Assembly (NCBI RefSeq): GCF_009914755.1
Contig: NC_060925.1
Reading direction: 5' to 3' (one strand)
Length of the DNA: 64,000 bases
DNA from: the human T2T-CHM13v2.0 reference genome, Homo sapiens
Program-made: the position numbers and the translations under genes
Notes under the pieces: generated by a model
Database searches by the model: none
What the model was told of the DNA's origin: nothing
What the model saw: the letters and a program-made list of their open reading frames with translations, nothing else
In this document: one piece after another, positions 41,601 through 54,900 of the stretch
Numbering within the stretch: position 1 is the first letter of the stretch
Layout of the letters: each line of letters opens with the position of its first letter

Positions 41601-44278
41601 ATTCGAGTCCATTCGATGATGATCACAATGGATTTCATTCCATAATTCTATTCGATTCCATTTGATGATGATTCCATCTGATTCCATTTGATGATTCCAT
41701 TCGTTTCCATCCGATGATGATTCCATTCGATTCCGTTCAATGATTATTCCATTCGAGTCCATTCGATGATTCCATTCGATTCCATTCGATGATGATTGCA
41801 TTCGAGTCCATGGATTCTTCCATTCCATTCCATTAGATGATTCCATTCGAGTCCATTCGATGATTCTCTTCGATTCCATTCGATAATTCCGTTTGATTCC
41901 GTTTGATGTTGATTCCATTCGTGTCCATTCGATGATAATTCCATTCGATTCTATGCGATGATTCCATTCCATTCCATTTGGAGGTGGTTCCATTCGAGAC
42001 CATTCGTTGATTGCATTCAATTCATTCGATGACGATTCCATTCAATTCCGTTCAATGATTCCATTAGATTCCATTTGATGATGATTTCAATCAATTTCAT
42101 TCGATGATTCCATTCGAATCCATTCGATGATGAGTCCATCCATTTCAATTTCATGATAATTCCATTCGTTTCAATTCGATGGTGTTTCCATTCGATTCCA
42201 TTCGATGTTGATTCCATTAGTTTCCATTGGATGATGATTCCATTCGAGTCCATTCGATGATGATCACAATGGATTTCATTCCATAATTCTATTCGATTCC
42301 ATTTGATGATGATTCCATCTGATTCCATTTGATGATTCCATTCGTTTCCATCCGATGATGATTCCATTCGATTCCGTTCAATGATTATTCCATTCGAGTC
42401 CATTCGATGATTCCATTCGATTCCATTCGATGATGATTGCATTCGAGTCCATGGATTCTTCCATTCCATTCCATTAGATGATTCCATTCGAGTCCATTCG
42501 ATGATTCTCTTCGATTCCATTCGATAATTCCGTTTGATTCCGTTTGATGTTGATTCCATTCGTGTCCATTCGATGATAATTCCATTCGATTCTATGCGAT
42601 GATTCCATTCCATTCCATTTGGAGGTGGTTCCATTCGAGACCATTCGTTGATTGCATTCAATTCATTCGATGACGATTCCATTCAATTCCGTTCAATGAT
42701 TCCATTAGATTCCATTTGATGATGATTTCAATCAATTTCATTCGATGATTCCATTCGAATCCATTCGATGATGAGTCCATCCATTTCAATTTCATGATAA
42801 TTCCATTCGTTTCAATTCGATGGTGTTTCCATTCGATTCCATTCGATGTTGATTCCATTAGTTTCCATTGGATGATGATTCCATTCGAGTCCATTCAATG
42901 ATGTTCACATTGGATTTCATTCCATAATTCTATTCGATTCCATTTGATGATTATTCCATCTGATTCCATTTGATGATCCCATTCGATTCCATTCGATGAT
43001 GATTCCATTCGTTTCCATCCGATGATGATTCCATTCGATTCCGTTCAATTATTATTCCATTCGAGTCCATTCGATGATTCCATTAGATTCCATTCGATGA
43101 TGAGTGCATTCGAGTCCATGGATTCTTCCATTCCATTCCATTAGATGATTCCATTCGAGTCCGTTCGATGATTCTTTTCGATTCCATTCGATAATTCCGT
43201 TTGATTCCGTTTGATGTTGATTCCATTCGAGTCCATTCGATGATAATTCCATTCGATTCTATGTGATGATTCCACTGCATTCCATTTGGAGATGGTTCCA
43301 TTCGAGACCATTCCTTGATTGCATTCAATTCATTCGATGGCGATTCCATTCAATTCCGTTCAATGATTCCATTAGATTCCATTTGATGATGATACCATTC
43401 GATTCCATTTGATGATGATTCCATGCGATTCCATTAGATGATGACTCCTTTCATTTCCATTCAATGAAGATTCCATTCGGTTCCATTTGATGATGATTCC
43501 TTTGAATTCCGTTTGATGACAATTCCATTCAATACCAATTGATGATGGTTATTTTTGATTCCATTTGATGATGACTACTTTCGATTCCATTTGTTCATGA
43601 TTCTATTCGATTCCACTCGATGATTCCATTCAATGATGTTTCCATTCGATTTCATTGACTATTCCATTCCGTTTCAATCGATGATTCCTTTCAAGTCCAT
43701 TCGATGATTCTATTCGATTGCATTCGATTATTCCATTCGATTGCATTCGATAATTCCATTCGATTCCACTTGAGGATAATTCCATTTGAGTCCATTCGAT
43801 GATTGTTCCATTCGATTCTATTCGGTGATTCCATTCGATTCCATTTGATAATGATTCCTTTCGAGACCATTCGATGATTCCATTCAATTCCATTCAATAA
43901 TGATTCCATTCGAGTCCATTCAATGATTCCATTCAAGTCCATTCGATGATTCCATCTGATTCCATTCAATGAATCCATTCGATTCCATTCTATGATGATT
44001 CCATTCATTTCCATGTGATGATGATTCCATTCGATTCCATTCAATGATTCCATTCGATTCCATTTGATGATGATTTCAATCAATTTCATTCGATGATTCC
44101 ATTCGAATCCATTCGATGATGAGTCCATCCATTTCAATTTCATGATAATTCCATTCGTTTCAATTCGATGGTGTTTCCATTCGATTCCATTCGATGATGA
44201 TTCCATTAGTTTCCATTGGATGATGATTCCATTCGAGTCCATTCGATGATGATCACAATGGATTTCATTCCATAATTC
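23635..44278 (+). repeat. Near-identical 10320-bp tandem duplication (23635-33958 / 33955-44278)
   Basis: Sequence lines repeat almost verbatim at +10320 (23641=33961, 27721=38041, 29941=40261). The ORFs from 23792 to 33310 recur at +10320 with only scattered SNVs. Confidence 0.92.
31660..32967 (+). repeat. Pair of truncated half-units (641 + 667 bp), copy 1
   Basis: Landmarks 31660, 32301, 32968. Novel junction CCATTAGATTCCATTTGATGATGAT|TTCAATCAATTTC at ~31765 and ~32406. Confidence 0.9.
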
Positions 44279-47200
44279 TATTCGATTCCATTTGATGATG
44301 ATTCCATCTGATTCCATTTGATGATTCCATTCGTTTCCATCCGATGATGATTCCATTCGATTCCGTTCAATGATTATTCCATTCGAGTCCATTCGATGAT
44401 TCCATTCGATTCCATTCGATGATGATTGCATTCGAGTCCATGGATTCTTCCATTCCATTCCATTAGATGATTCCATTCGAGTCCATTCGATGATTCTCTT
44501 CGATTCCATTCGATAATTCCGTTTGATTCCGTTTGATGTTGATTCCATTCGTGTCCATTCGATGATAATTCCATTCGATTCTATGCGATGATTCCATTCC
44601 ATTCCATTTGGAGGTGGTTCCATTCGAGACCATTCGTTGATTGCATTCAATTCATTCGATGACGATTCCATTCAATTCCGTTCAATGATTCCATTAGATT
44701 CCATTTGATGATGATTTCAATCAATTTCATTCGATGATTCCATTCGAATCCATTCGATGATGAGTCCATCCATTTCAATTTCATGATAATTCCATTCGTT
44801 TCAATTCGATGGTGTTTCCATTCGATTCCATTCGATGTTGATTCCATTAGTTTCCATTGGATGATGATTCCATTCGAGTCCATTCGATGATGATCACAAT
44901 GGATTTCATTCCATAATTCTATTCGATTCCATTTGATGATGATTCCATCTGATTCCATTTGATGATTCCATTCGTTTCCATCCGATGATGATTCCATTCG
45001 ATTCCGTTCAATGATTATTCCATTCGAGTCCATTCGATGATTCCATTCGATTCCATTCGATGATGATTGCATTCGAGTCCATGGATTCTTCCATTCCATT
45101 CCATTAGATGATTCCATTCGAGTCCATTCGATGATTCTCTTCGATTCCATTCGATAATTCCGTTTGATTCCGTTTGATGTTGATTCCATTCGTGTCCATT
45201 CGATGATAATTCCATTCGATTCTATGCGATGATTCCATTCCATTCCATTTGGAGGTGGTTCCATTCGAGACCATTCGTTGATTGCATTCAATTCATTCGA
45301 TGACGATTCCATTCAATTCCGTTCAATGATTCCATTAGATTCCATTTGATGATGATTTCAATCAATTTCATTCGATGATTCCATTCGAATCCATTCGATG
45401 ATGAGTCCATCCATTTCAATTTCATGATAATTCCATTCGTTTCAATTCGATGGTGTTTCCATTCGATTCCATTCGATGTTGATTCCATTAGTTTCCATTG
45501 GATGATGATTCCATTCGAGTCCATTCAATGATGTTCACATTGGATTTCATTCCATAATTCTATTCGATTCCATTTGATGATGATTCCATCTGATTCCATT
45601 TGATGATCCCATTCGATTCCATTCGATGATGATTCCATTCGTTTCCATCCGATGATGATTCCATTCGATTCCGTTCAATTATTATTCCATTCGAGTCCAT
45701 TCGATGATTCCATTAGATTCCATTCGATGATGAGTGCATTCGAGTCCATGGATTCTTCCATTCCATTCCATTAGATGATTCCATTCGAGTCCGTTCGATG
45801 ATTCTTTTCGATTCCATTCGATAATTCCGTTTGATTCCGTTTGATGTTGATTCCATTCGAGTCCATTCGATGATAATTCCATTCGATTCTATGTGATGAT
45901 TCCACTGCATTCCATTTGGAGATGGTTCCATTCGAGACCATTCCTTGATTGCATTCAATTCATTCGATGGCGATTCCATTCAATTCCGTTCAATGATTCC
46001 ATTAGATTCCATTTGATGATGATACCATTCGATTCCATTTGATGATGATTCCATGCGATTCCATTAGATGATGACTCCTTTCATTTCCATTCAATGAAGA
46101 TTCCATTCGGTTCCATTTGATGATGATTCCTTTGAATTCCGTTTGATGACAATTCCATTCAATACCAATTGATGATGGTTATTTTTGATTCCATTTGATG
46201 ATGACTACTTTCGATTCCATTTGTTCATGATTCTATTCGATTCCACTCGATGATTCCATTCAATGATGTTTCCATTCGATTTCATTGACTATTCCATTCC
46301 GTTTCAATCGATGATTCCTTTCAAGTCCATTCGATGATTCTATTCGATTGCATTCGATTATTCCATTCGATTGCATTCGATAATTCCATTCGATTCCACT
46401 TGAGGATAATTCCATTTGAGTCCATTCGATGATTGTTCCATTCGATTCTATTCGGTGATTCCATTCGATTCCATTTGATAATGATTCCTTTCGAGACCAT
46501 TCGATGATTCCATTCAATTCCATTCAATAATGATTCCATTCGAGTCCATTCAATGATTCCATTCAAGTCCATTCGATGATTCCATCTGATTCCATTCAAT
46601 GAATCCATTCGATTCCATTCTATGATGATTCCATTCATTTCCATGTGATGATGATTCCATTCGATTCCATTCAATGATTCCATTCGATTCCATTTGATGA
46701 TGATTTCAATCAATTTCATTCGATGATTCCATTCGAATCCATTCGATGATGAGTCCATCCATTTCAATTTCATGATAATTCCATTCGTTTCAATTCGATG
46801 GTGTTTCCATTCGATTCCATTCGATGATGATTCCATTAGTTTCCATTGGATGATGATTCCATTCGAGTCCATTCGATGATGATCACAATGGATTTCATTC
46901 CATAATTCTATTCGATTCCATTTGATGATGATTCCATCTGATTCCATTTGATGATTCCATTCGTTTCCATCCGATGATGATTCCATTCGATTCCGTTCAA
47001 TGATTATTCCATTCGAGTCCATTCGATGATTCCATTCGATTCCATTCGATGATGATTGCATTCGAGTCCATGGATTCTTCCATTCCATTCCATTAGATGA
47101 TTCCATTCGAGTCCATTCGATGATTCTCTTCGATTCCATTCGATAATTCCGTTTGATTCCGTTTGATGTTGATTCCATTCGTGTCCATTCGATGATAATT

Positions 47201-47346
47201 CCATTCGATTCTATGCGATGATTCCATTCCATTCCATTTGGAGGTGGTTCCATTCGAGACCATTCGTTGATTGCATTCAATTCATTCGATGACGATTCCA
47301 TTCAATTCCGTTCAATGATTCCATTAGATTCCATTTGATGATGATT
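40634..47346 (+). repeat. 2630-bp higher-order repeat (1322+641+667), about 2.5 tandem copies, containing half-unit pairs at 41980-43287 and 44610-45917
   Basis: Landmarks 40658, 41980, 42621, 43288, 44610, 45251, 45918, 47240. ORFs 41061/43691/46321 and 42017/44647 recur at +2630 with identical translations. Confidence 0.92.
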
Positions 47347-50300
47347 CCATTCGATTCCATTTGATGATGATTCCATGCGATTCCATTAGATGATGACTCC
47401 TTTCATTTCCATTCAATGAGGATTCCATTCGGTTCCATTTGATGATGATTCCTTTGAATTCCATTTGATGACAATTCCATTCAATACCAATTGATGATGG
47501 TTATTTTAGATTCCATTTGATGATGATTACATTCGATTCCATTTGATCATGATTCCATTCGATTCCACTCGATGATTCCATTCGATTCCATTCAATGATT
47601 ATTCCATTTGAGTCGATTCGATGACTCCATTCGATTGTATTCGATGGTGATTGAATTCGAGTCCATGGATTAATCCATTGCATTCCATTCGATGATTCCA
47701 TTCGAGTCCATTCGATGATTCTATTCGATTGCATTCGATAATTCCATTCGATTGCATTCGATAAATCCATTTGATTCCATTTGAGGATAATTCCATTTGA
47801 GTCCATTCGATGATTGTTCCATTCGATTCTATTCGGTGTTTCCATTCGACTTCATTTGATAATGATTCCATTCGAGATCATTCGATGATTCTATTCAATT
47901 CCATTCAATAATGATTCCATTCGAGTCCATTCAACGATTCCATTCAAGTCCATTCGATGATTCCATCTGATTCCATTCAATGAATCCATGCGATTCCATT
48001 CTATGATGATTCCATTCATTTCCATCTGATGATGATTCCATTCGATTCCATTCAATGATTCCATTCGATTCCATTTGATGATGATTTCAATCAATTTCAT
48101 TCGATGATTCCATTCGAATCCATTCGATGATGAGTCCATCCATTTCAATTTCATGATAATTCCATTCGTTTCAATTCGATGGTGTTTCCATTCGATTGCA
48201 TTCGATGTTGATTCCATTAGTTTCCATTGGATGATGATTCCATTCGAGTCCATTCAATGATGATCACATTGGATTTCATTCCATAATTCTATTCGATTCC
48301 ATTTGATGATGATTCCATCTGATTCCATTTGATGATCCCATTCGATTCCATTCGATGATGATTCCATTCGTTTCCATCCAATGATGATTCCATTCGATTC
48401 CGTTCAATGATTATTCCATTCGAGTCCATTCGATGATTCCATTCGATTCCATTCGATGATGATTGCATTCGGGTCCATGGATTCTTCCATTCCATTCCAT
48501 TAGATGATTCCATTCGAGTCCGTTCGATGATTCTCTTCGATTCCATTCGATAATTCCGTTTGATTCCGTTTGATGTTGATTCCATTCGAGTCCATTCGAT
48601 GATAATTCCATTCGATTCTATGTGATGATTCCATTCCATTCCATTTGGAGATGGTTCCATTCGAGACCATTCGTTGATTGCATTCAATTCATTCGATGAC
48701 GATTCCATTCAATTCCGTTCAATGATTCCATTAGATTCCATTTGATGATGATTCCATTCGATTCCATTTGATGATGATTCCATGCGATTCCATTAGATGA
48801 TGACTCCTTTATTTTCCATTCAATGAGGATTCCACTCGGTTCCATTTGATGATGATTCCTTTGAATTCCGTTTGATGACAATTCAATTCAATACCAATTG
48901 ATGATGGTTAATTTTGATTCCATTTGATGATTACTTTCGATTCCATTTGATCATGATTCCATTCAATTCCACTCGATGATTCCATTCAATGATGATTCCA
49001 TTCGAGTTCATTGACTATTCCATTCCATTTCAATCGATGATTCCTTTCAAGTCCATTTGATGATTCTATTCGATTGCATTCGATTATTCCATTCAATTGC
49101 ATTCGATAATTCCATTCGATTCCATTTGAGGATAATTCCATTTGAGTCCATTCGATGATTGTTCCATTCGATTCTATTCGGTGATTCCATTCGATTCCAT
49201 TTGATAATGATTCCATTCGAGACCATTCGATGATTCCATTCAATTCCATTCAATAATGATTCCATTCGAGTCCATTCAACGATTCCATTCAAGTCCATTC
49301 GATGATTCCATCTGATTCCATTCAATGAATCCATGCGATTCCATTCTATGATGATTCCATTCATTTCCATCTGATGATGATTCCATTCGATTCCATTCAA
49401 TGATTCCTTTCGATTCCATTTGATGAAGATTTCAATCAATTTCATTCGATGATTCCATTCGAATCCATTCGATGATGAGTCCATCCATTTCTATTTCATG
49501 ATAATTCCATTCCTTTCAATTCGATGGTGTTTCCATTCGATTCCATTCGATGTTGATTCCATTAGTTTCCATTGGATGATGATTCCATTCTAGTCCATTC
49601 GATGATGATCACAATGGATTTCATTCCATAATTCTATTCGATTCCATTTGATGATGATTCCATCTGATTCCATTTGATGATTCCATTCGTTTCCATCCGA
49701 TGATGATTCCATTCGATTCCTTTCAATGATTATTCCATTCGAGTCCATTCGATGATTCCATTCGATTCCATTCGATGATGATTGCATTCGGGTCCATGGA
49801 TTCTTCAATTCCATTCCATTAGATGATTCCATTCCAGTCCATTCGATGATTCTCTTCTATTCCATTCGATAATTCCGTTTGATTCCCTTTGATGTTGATT
49901 CCATTCGAGTCCATTCGATGATAATTCCATTCGATTCTATGCGATGATTCCATTCCATTCCATTTGGAGGTGGTTCCATTCGAGACCATTCGTTGATTGC
50001 ATTCAATTCATTCGATGACGATTCCATTCAATTCCGTTCAATGATTCCATTAGATTCCATTTGATGATGATTCCATTCGATTCCATTTGATGATGATTCC
50101 ATGCGATTCCATTAGATGATGACTCCTTTCATTTCCATTCAATGAGGATTCCATTCGGTTCCATTTGATGATGATTCCTTTGAATTCCATTTGATGACAA
50201 TTCCATTCAACACCAATTGATGATGGTTATTTTAGATTCCATTTGATGATGATTACATTCGATTCCATTTGATCATGATTCCATTCGATTCCACTCGATG

Positions 50301-51929
50301 ATTCCATTCGATTCCATTCAATGATTATTCCATTTGAGTCGATTCGATGACTCCATTCGATTGTATTCGATGGTGATTGAATTCGAGTCCATGGATTAAT
50401 CCATTGCATTCCATTCGATGATTCCATTCGAGTCCATTCGATGATTCTATTCGATTGCATTCGATAATTCCATTCGATTGCATTCGATAAATCCATTTGA
50501 TTCCATTTGAGGATAATTCCATTTGAGTCCATTCGATGATTGTTCCATTCGATTCTATTCGGTGATTCCATTCGACTTCATTTGATAATGATTCCATTCG
50601 AGACCATTCGATGATTCTATTCAATTCCATTCTATAATGATTCCATTCGAGTCCATTCAACGATTCCATTCAAGTCCATTCGATGATTCCATCTGATTCC
50701 ATTCAATGAATCCATGCGATTCCATTCTATGATGATTCCATTCATTTCCATCTGATGATGATTCCATTCGATTCCATTCAATGATTCCTTTCGATTCCAT
50801 TTGATGATGATTTCAATCAATTTCATTCGATGATTACATTCGAATCCATTCGAGGATGAGTCCATCCATTTCTATTTCATGATAATTCCATTCGTTTCAA
50901 TTCGATGGTGTTTCCATTCGATTCCATTCGATGTTGATTCCATTAGTTTCCATTGGATGATGATTCCATTCGAGTCCATTCGATGATGATCACATTGGAT
51001 TTCATTCCATAATTCTATTCGATTCCATTTGATGATGATTCCATCTGATTCCATTTGATGATTCCATTCGTTTCCATGCGATGATGATTCCATTCGTTTC
51101 CATCCAATGATGATTCCATTCGATTCCGTTCAATGATTATTTCATTCGAGTCCATTCGATGATTCCATTCGATTCCATTCGATGATGATTGCATTCGGGT
51201 CCATGGATTCTTCCATTCCATTCCATTAGATGATTCCATTCGAGTCCGTTCGATGATTCTCTTCGATTCCATTCGATAATTCCGTTTGATTCCGTTTGAT
51301 GTTGATTCCATTCGAGTCCATTCGATGATAATTCCATTCGATTCTATGTGATGATTCCATTCCATTCCATTTGGAGATGGTTCCATTCGAGACCATTCGT
51401 TGATTGCATTCAATTCATTCGATGACGATTCCATTCAATTCGGTTCAATGATTCCATTAGATTCCATTTGATGATGATTCCATTCGATTCCATTTGATGA
51501 TGATTCCATGCGATTCCATTAGATGATGACTCCTTTATTTTCCATTCAATGAGGATTCCATTCGGTTCCATTTGATGATGATTCCTTTGAATTCCGTTTG
51601 ATGACAATTCAATTCAATACCAATTGATGATGGTTATTTTTGATTCCATTTGATGATGATTACTTTCGATTCCATTTGATCATGATTCCATTCGATTCCA
51701 CTCGATGATTCCATTCAATGATGATTCCATTCGAGTTCATTGACTATTCCATTCCATTTCAATCGATGATTCCTTTCAAGTCCATTCGATGATTCTATTC
51801 GATTGCATTCGATTATTCCATTCGATTGCATTCGATAATTCCATTCGATTCCATTTGAGGATAATTCCATTTGAGTCCATTCGATGATTGTTCCATTCGA
51901 TTCTATTCGGTGATTCCATTCGATTCCAT

Positions 51930-54900
51930 TTGATAATGATTCCATTCGAGACCATTCGATGATTCTATTCAATTCCATTCAATAATGATTCCATTCGAGT
52001 CCATTCAACGATTCCATTCAAGTCCATTCGATGATTCCATCTGATTCCATTCAATGAATCCATGCGATTCCATTCTATGATGATTCCATTCATTTCCATC
52101 TGATGATGATTCCTTTCGATTCCATTCAATGATTCCTTTCGATTCTATTTGATGATGATTTCAATCAATTTCATTCGATGATTCCATTCGAATCCATTCG
52201 ATGATGAGTCCATCCATTTCAATTGCATGATAATTCCATTCCTTTCAATTCGATGGTGTTTCCATTCGATTCCATTCGATGTTGATTCCATTAGTTTCCA
52301 TTGGATGATGATTCCATTCGAGTCCATTCGATGATGATCACAATGGATTTCATTCCGTAATTCTATTCGATTCCATTTGATGATGATTCCATCTGATTCC
52401 ATTTGATGATTCCATTCGTTTCCATCCGATGATGATTCCATTCGATTCCGTTCAATGATTATTCCATTCGAGTCCATTCGATGATTCCATTCGATTCCAT
52501 TCGCTGATGATTGCATTCGAGTCCATGGATTCTTCCATTCCATTCCATTAGATGATTCCATTCGAGTCCATTCGATGATTCTCTTCGATTCCATTGGATA
52601 ATTCCGTTTGATTCCGTTTGATGTTGATTCCATTCGAGTCCATTCGATGATAATTCCATTCGATTCTATGCGATGATTCCATTCCATTCCATTTGGAGGT
52701 GGTTGCATTCGAGACCATTCGTTGATTGCATTCAATTCATTCGATGACCATTCCATTCAATTCCGTTCAATGATTCCATTAGATTCCATTTGATGATGAT
52801 TCCATTCGATTCCATTTGATGATGATTCCATGCGATTCCATTAGATGATGACTCCTTTCATTTCCATTCATTGAGGATTCCATTCGGTTCCATTTGATGA
52901 TGATTCCTTTGAATTCCATTTGATGACAATTCCATTCAATACCAATTGATGATGTTTATTTTTGATTCCATTTGATGATGATTACATTCGATTCCATTTC
53001 ATCATGATTCCATTCGATTCCACTCGATGATTCCATTCGATTCCATTCAATGATTATTCCATTTGAGTCGATTCGATGACTCCATTCGATTGTATTCGAT
53101 GGTGATTGAATTCGAGTCCATGGATTAATCCATTGCATTCCATTCGATGATTCCATTCGAGTCCATTCGATGATTCTATTCGATTGCATTCGATAATTCC
53201 ATTCGATTGCATTCGATAAATCCATTTGATTCCATTTGAGGATAATTCCTTTTGAGTCCATTCCATGATTGTTCCATTCGATTCTATTCGGTGATTCCAT
53301 TCGACTTCATTTGATAATGATTCCATTCGAGACCATTCGATGATTCTATTCAATTCCATTCAATAATGATTCCATTCGAGTCCATTCAACGATTCCATTC
53401 AAGTCCATTCGATGATTCCATCTGATTCCATTCAATGAATCCATGTGATTCCATTCTATGATGATTCCATTCATTTCCATCTGATGATGATTCCATTCGA
53501 TTCCATTCAATGATTCCTTTCGATTCCATTTGATGATGATTTCAATCAATTTCATTCGATGATTCCATTCGAATCCATTCGATGATGAGTCCATCCATTT
53601 CAATTTCATGATAATTCCATTCGTTTCAATTCGATGGTGTTTCCATTCGATTCCATTCGATGTTGATTCCATTAGTTTCCATTGGATGATGATTCCATTC
53701 GAGTCCATTCAATGATGATCACATTGGATTTCATTCCATAATTCTATTCGATTCCATTTGATGATGATTCCATCTGATTCCATTTGATGATCCCATTCGA
53801 TTCCATTCGATGATGATTCCATTCGTTTCCATCCAATGATGATTCCATTCGATTCCGTTCAATGATTATTTCATTCGAGTCCATTCGATGATTCCATTCG
53901 ATTCCATTCGATGATGATTGCATTCGGGTCCATGGATTCTTCCATTCCATTCCATTAGATGATTCCATTCGAGTCCGTTCGATGATTCTCTTCGATTCCA
54001 TTCGATAATTCCGTTTGATTCCGTTTGATGTTGATTCCATTCGAGTCCATTCGATGATAATTCCATTCGATTCTATGTGATGATTCCATTCCATTCCATT
54101 TGGAGATGGTTCCATTCGAGACCATTCGTTGATTGCATTCATTTCATTCGATGACGATTCCATTCAATTCGGTTCAATGATTCCATTAGATTCCATTTGA
54201 TGATGATTCCATTCGATTCCATTTGATGATGATTCCATGCGATTCCATTAGATGATCACTCCTTTATTTTCCATTCAATGAGGATTCCATTCGGTTCCAT
54301 TTGATGATGATTCCTTTGAATTCCGTTTGATGACAATTCAATTCAATACCAATTGATGATGGTTATTTTTGATTCCATTTGATGATGATTACTTTCGATT
54401 CCATTTGATGATGATTCCATTCGATTCCACTCGATGATTCCATTCAATGATGATTCCATTCGAGTTCATTGACTATTCCATTCCATTTCAATCGATGATT
54501 CCTTTCAAGTCCATTCGATGATTCTATTCGATTGCATTCGATTATTCCATTCGATTGCATTCGATAATTCCATTCGATTCCATTTGAGGATAATTCCATT
54601 TGAGTCCATTCGATGATTGTTCCATTCGATTCTATTCGGTGATTCCATTCGATTCCATTTGATAATGATTCCATTCGAGACCATTCGATGATTCCATTCA
54701 ATTCCATTCAATAATGATTCCATTCGAGTCCATTCAACGATTCCATTCAAGTCCATTCGATGATTCCATCTGATTCCATTCAATGAATCCATGCGATTCC
54801 ATTCTATGATGATTCCATTCATTTCCATCTGATGATGATTCCATTCGATTCCATTCAATGATTCCTTTCGATTCCATTTGATGATGATTTCAATCAATTT

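Larger units (their letters stand above)
21630..50990 (+). repeat. Nested ~10.8-kb higher-order block: 10759 + 10320 + 2630 bp + partial third copy
   Basis: ORF and landmark offsets: 22004->32763 (10759), 32763->43083 (10320), 43083->45713 (2630), 22551->46260 and 23792->47501 (23709). Private marker CGAGGATGAG at ~27142, 37462 and 50851. Confidence 0.88.
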
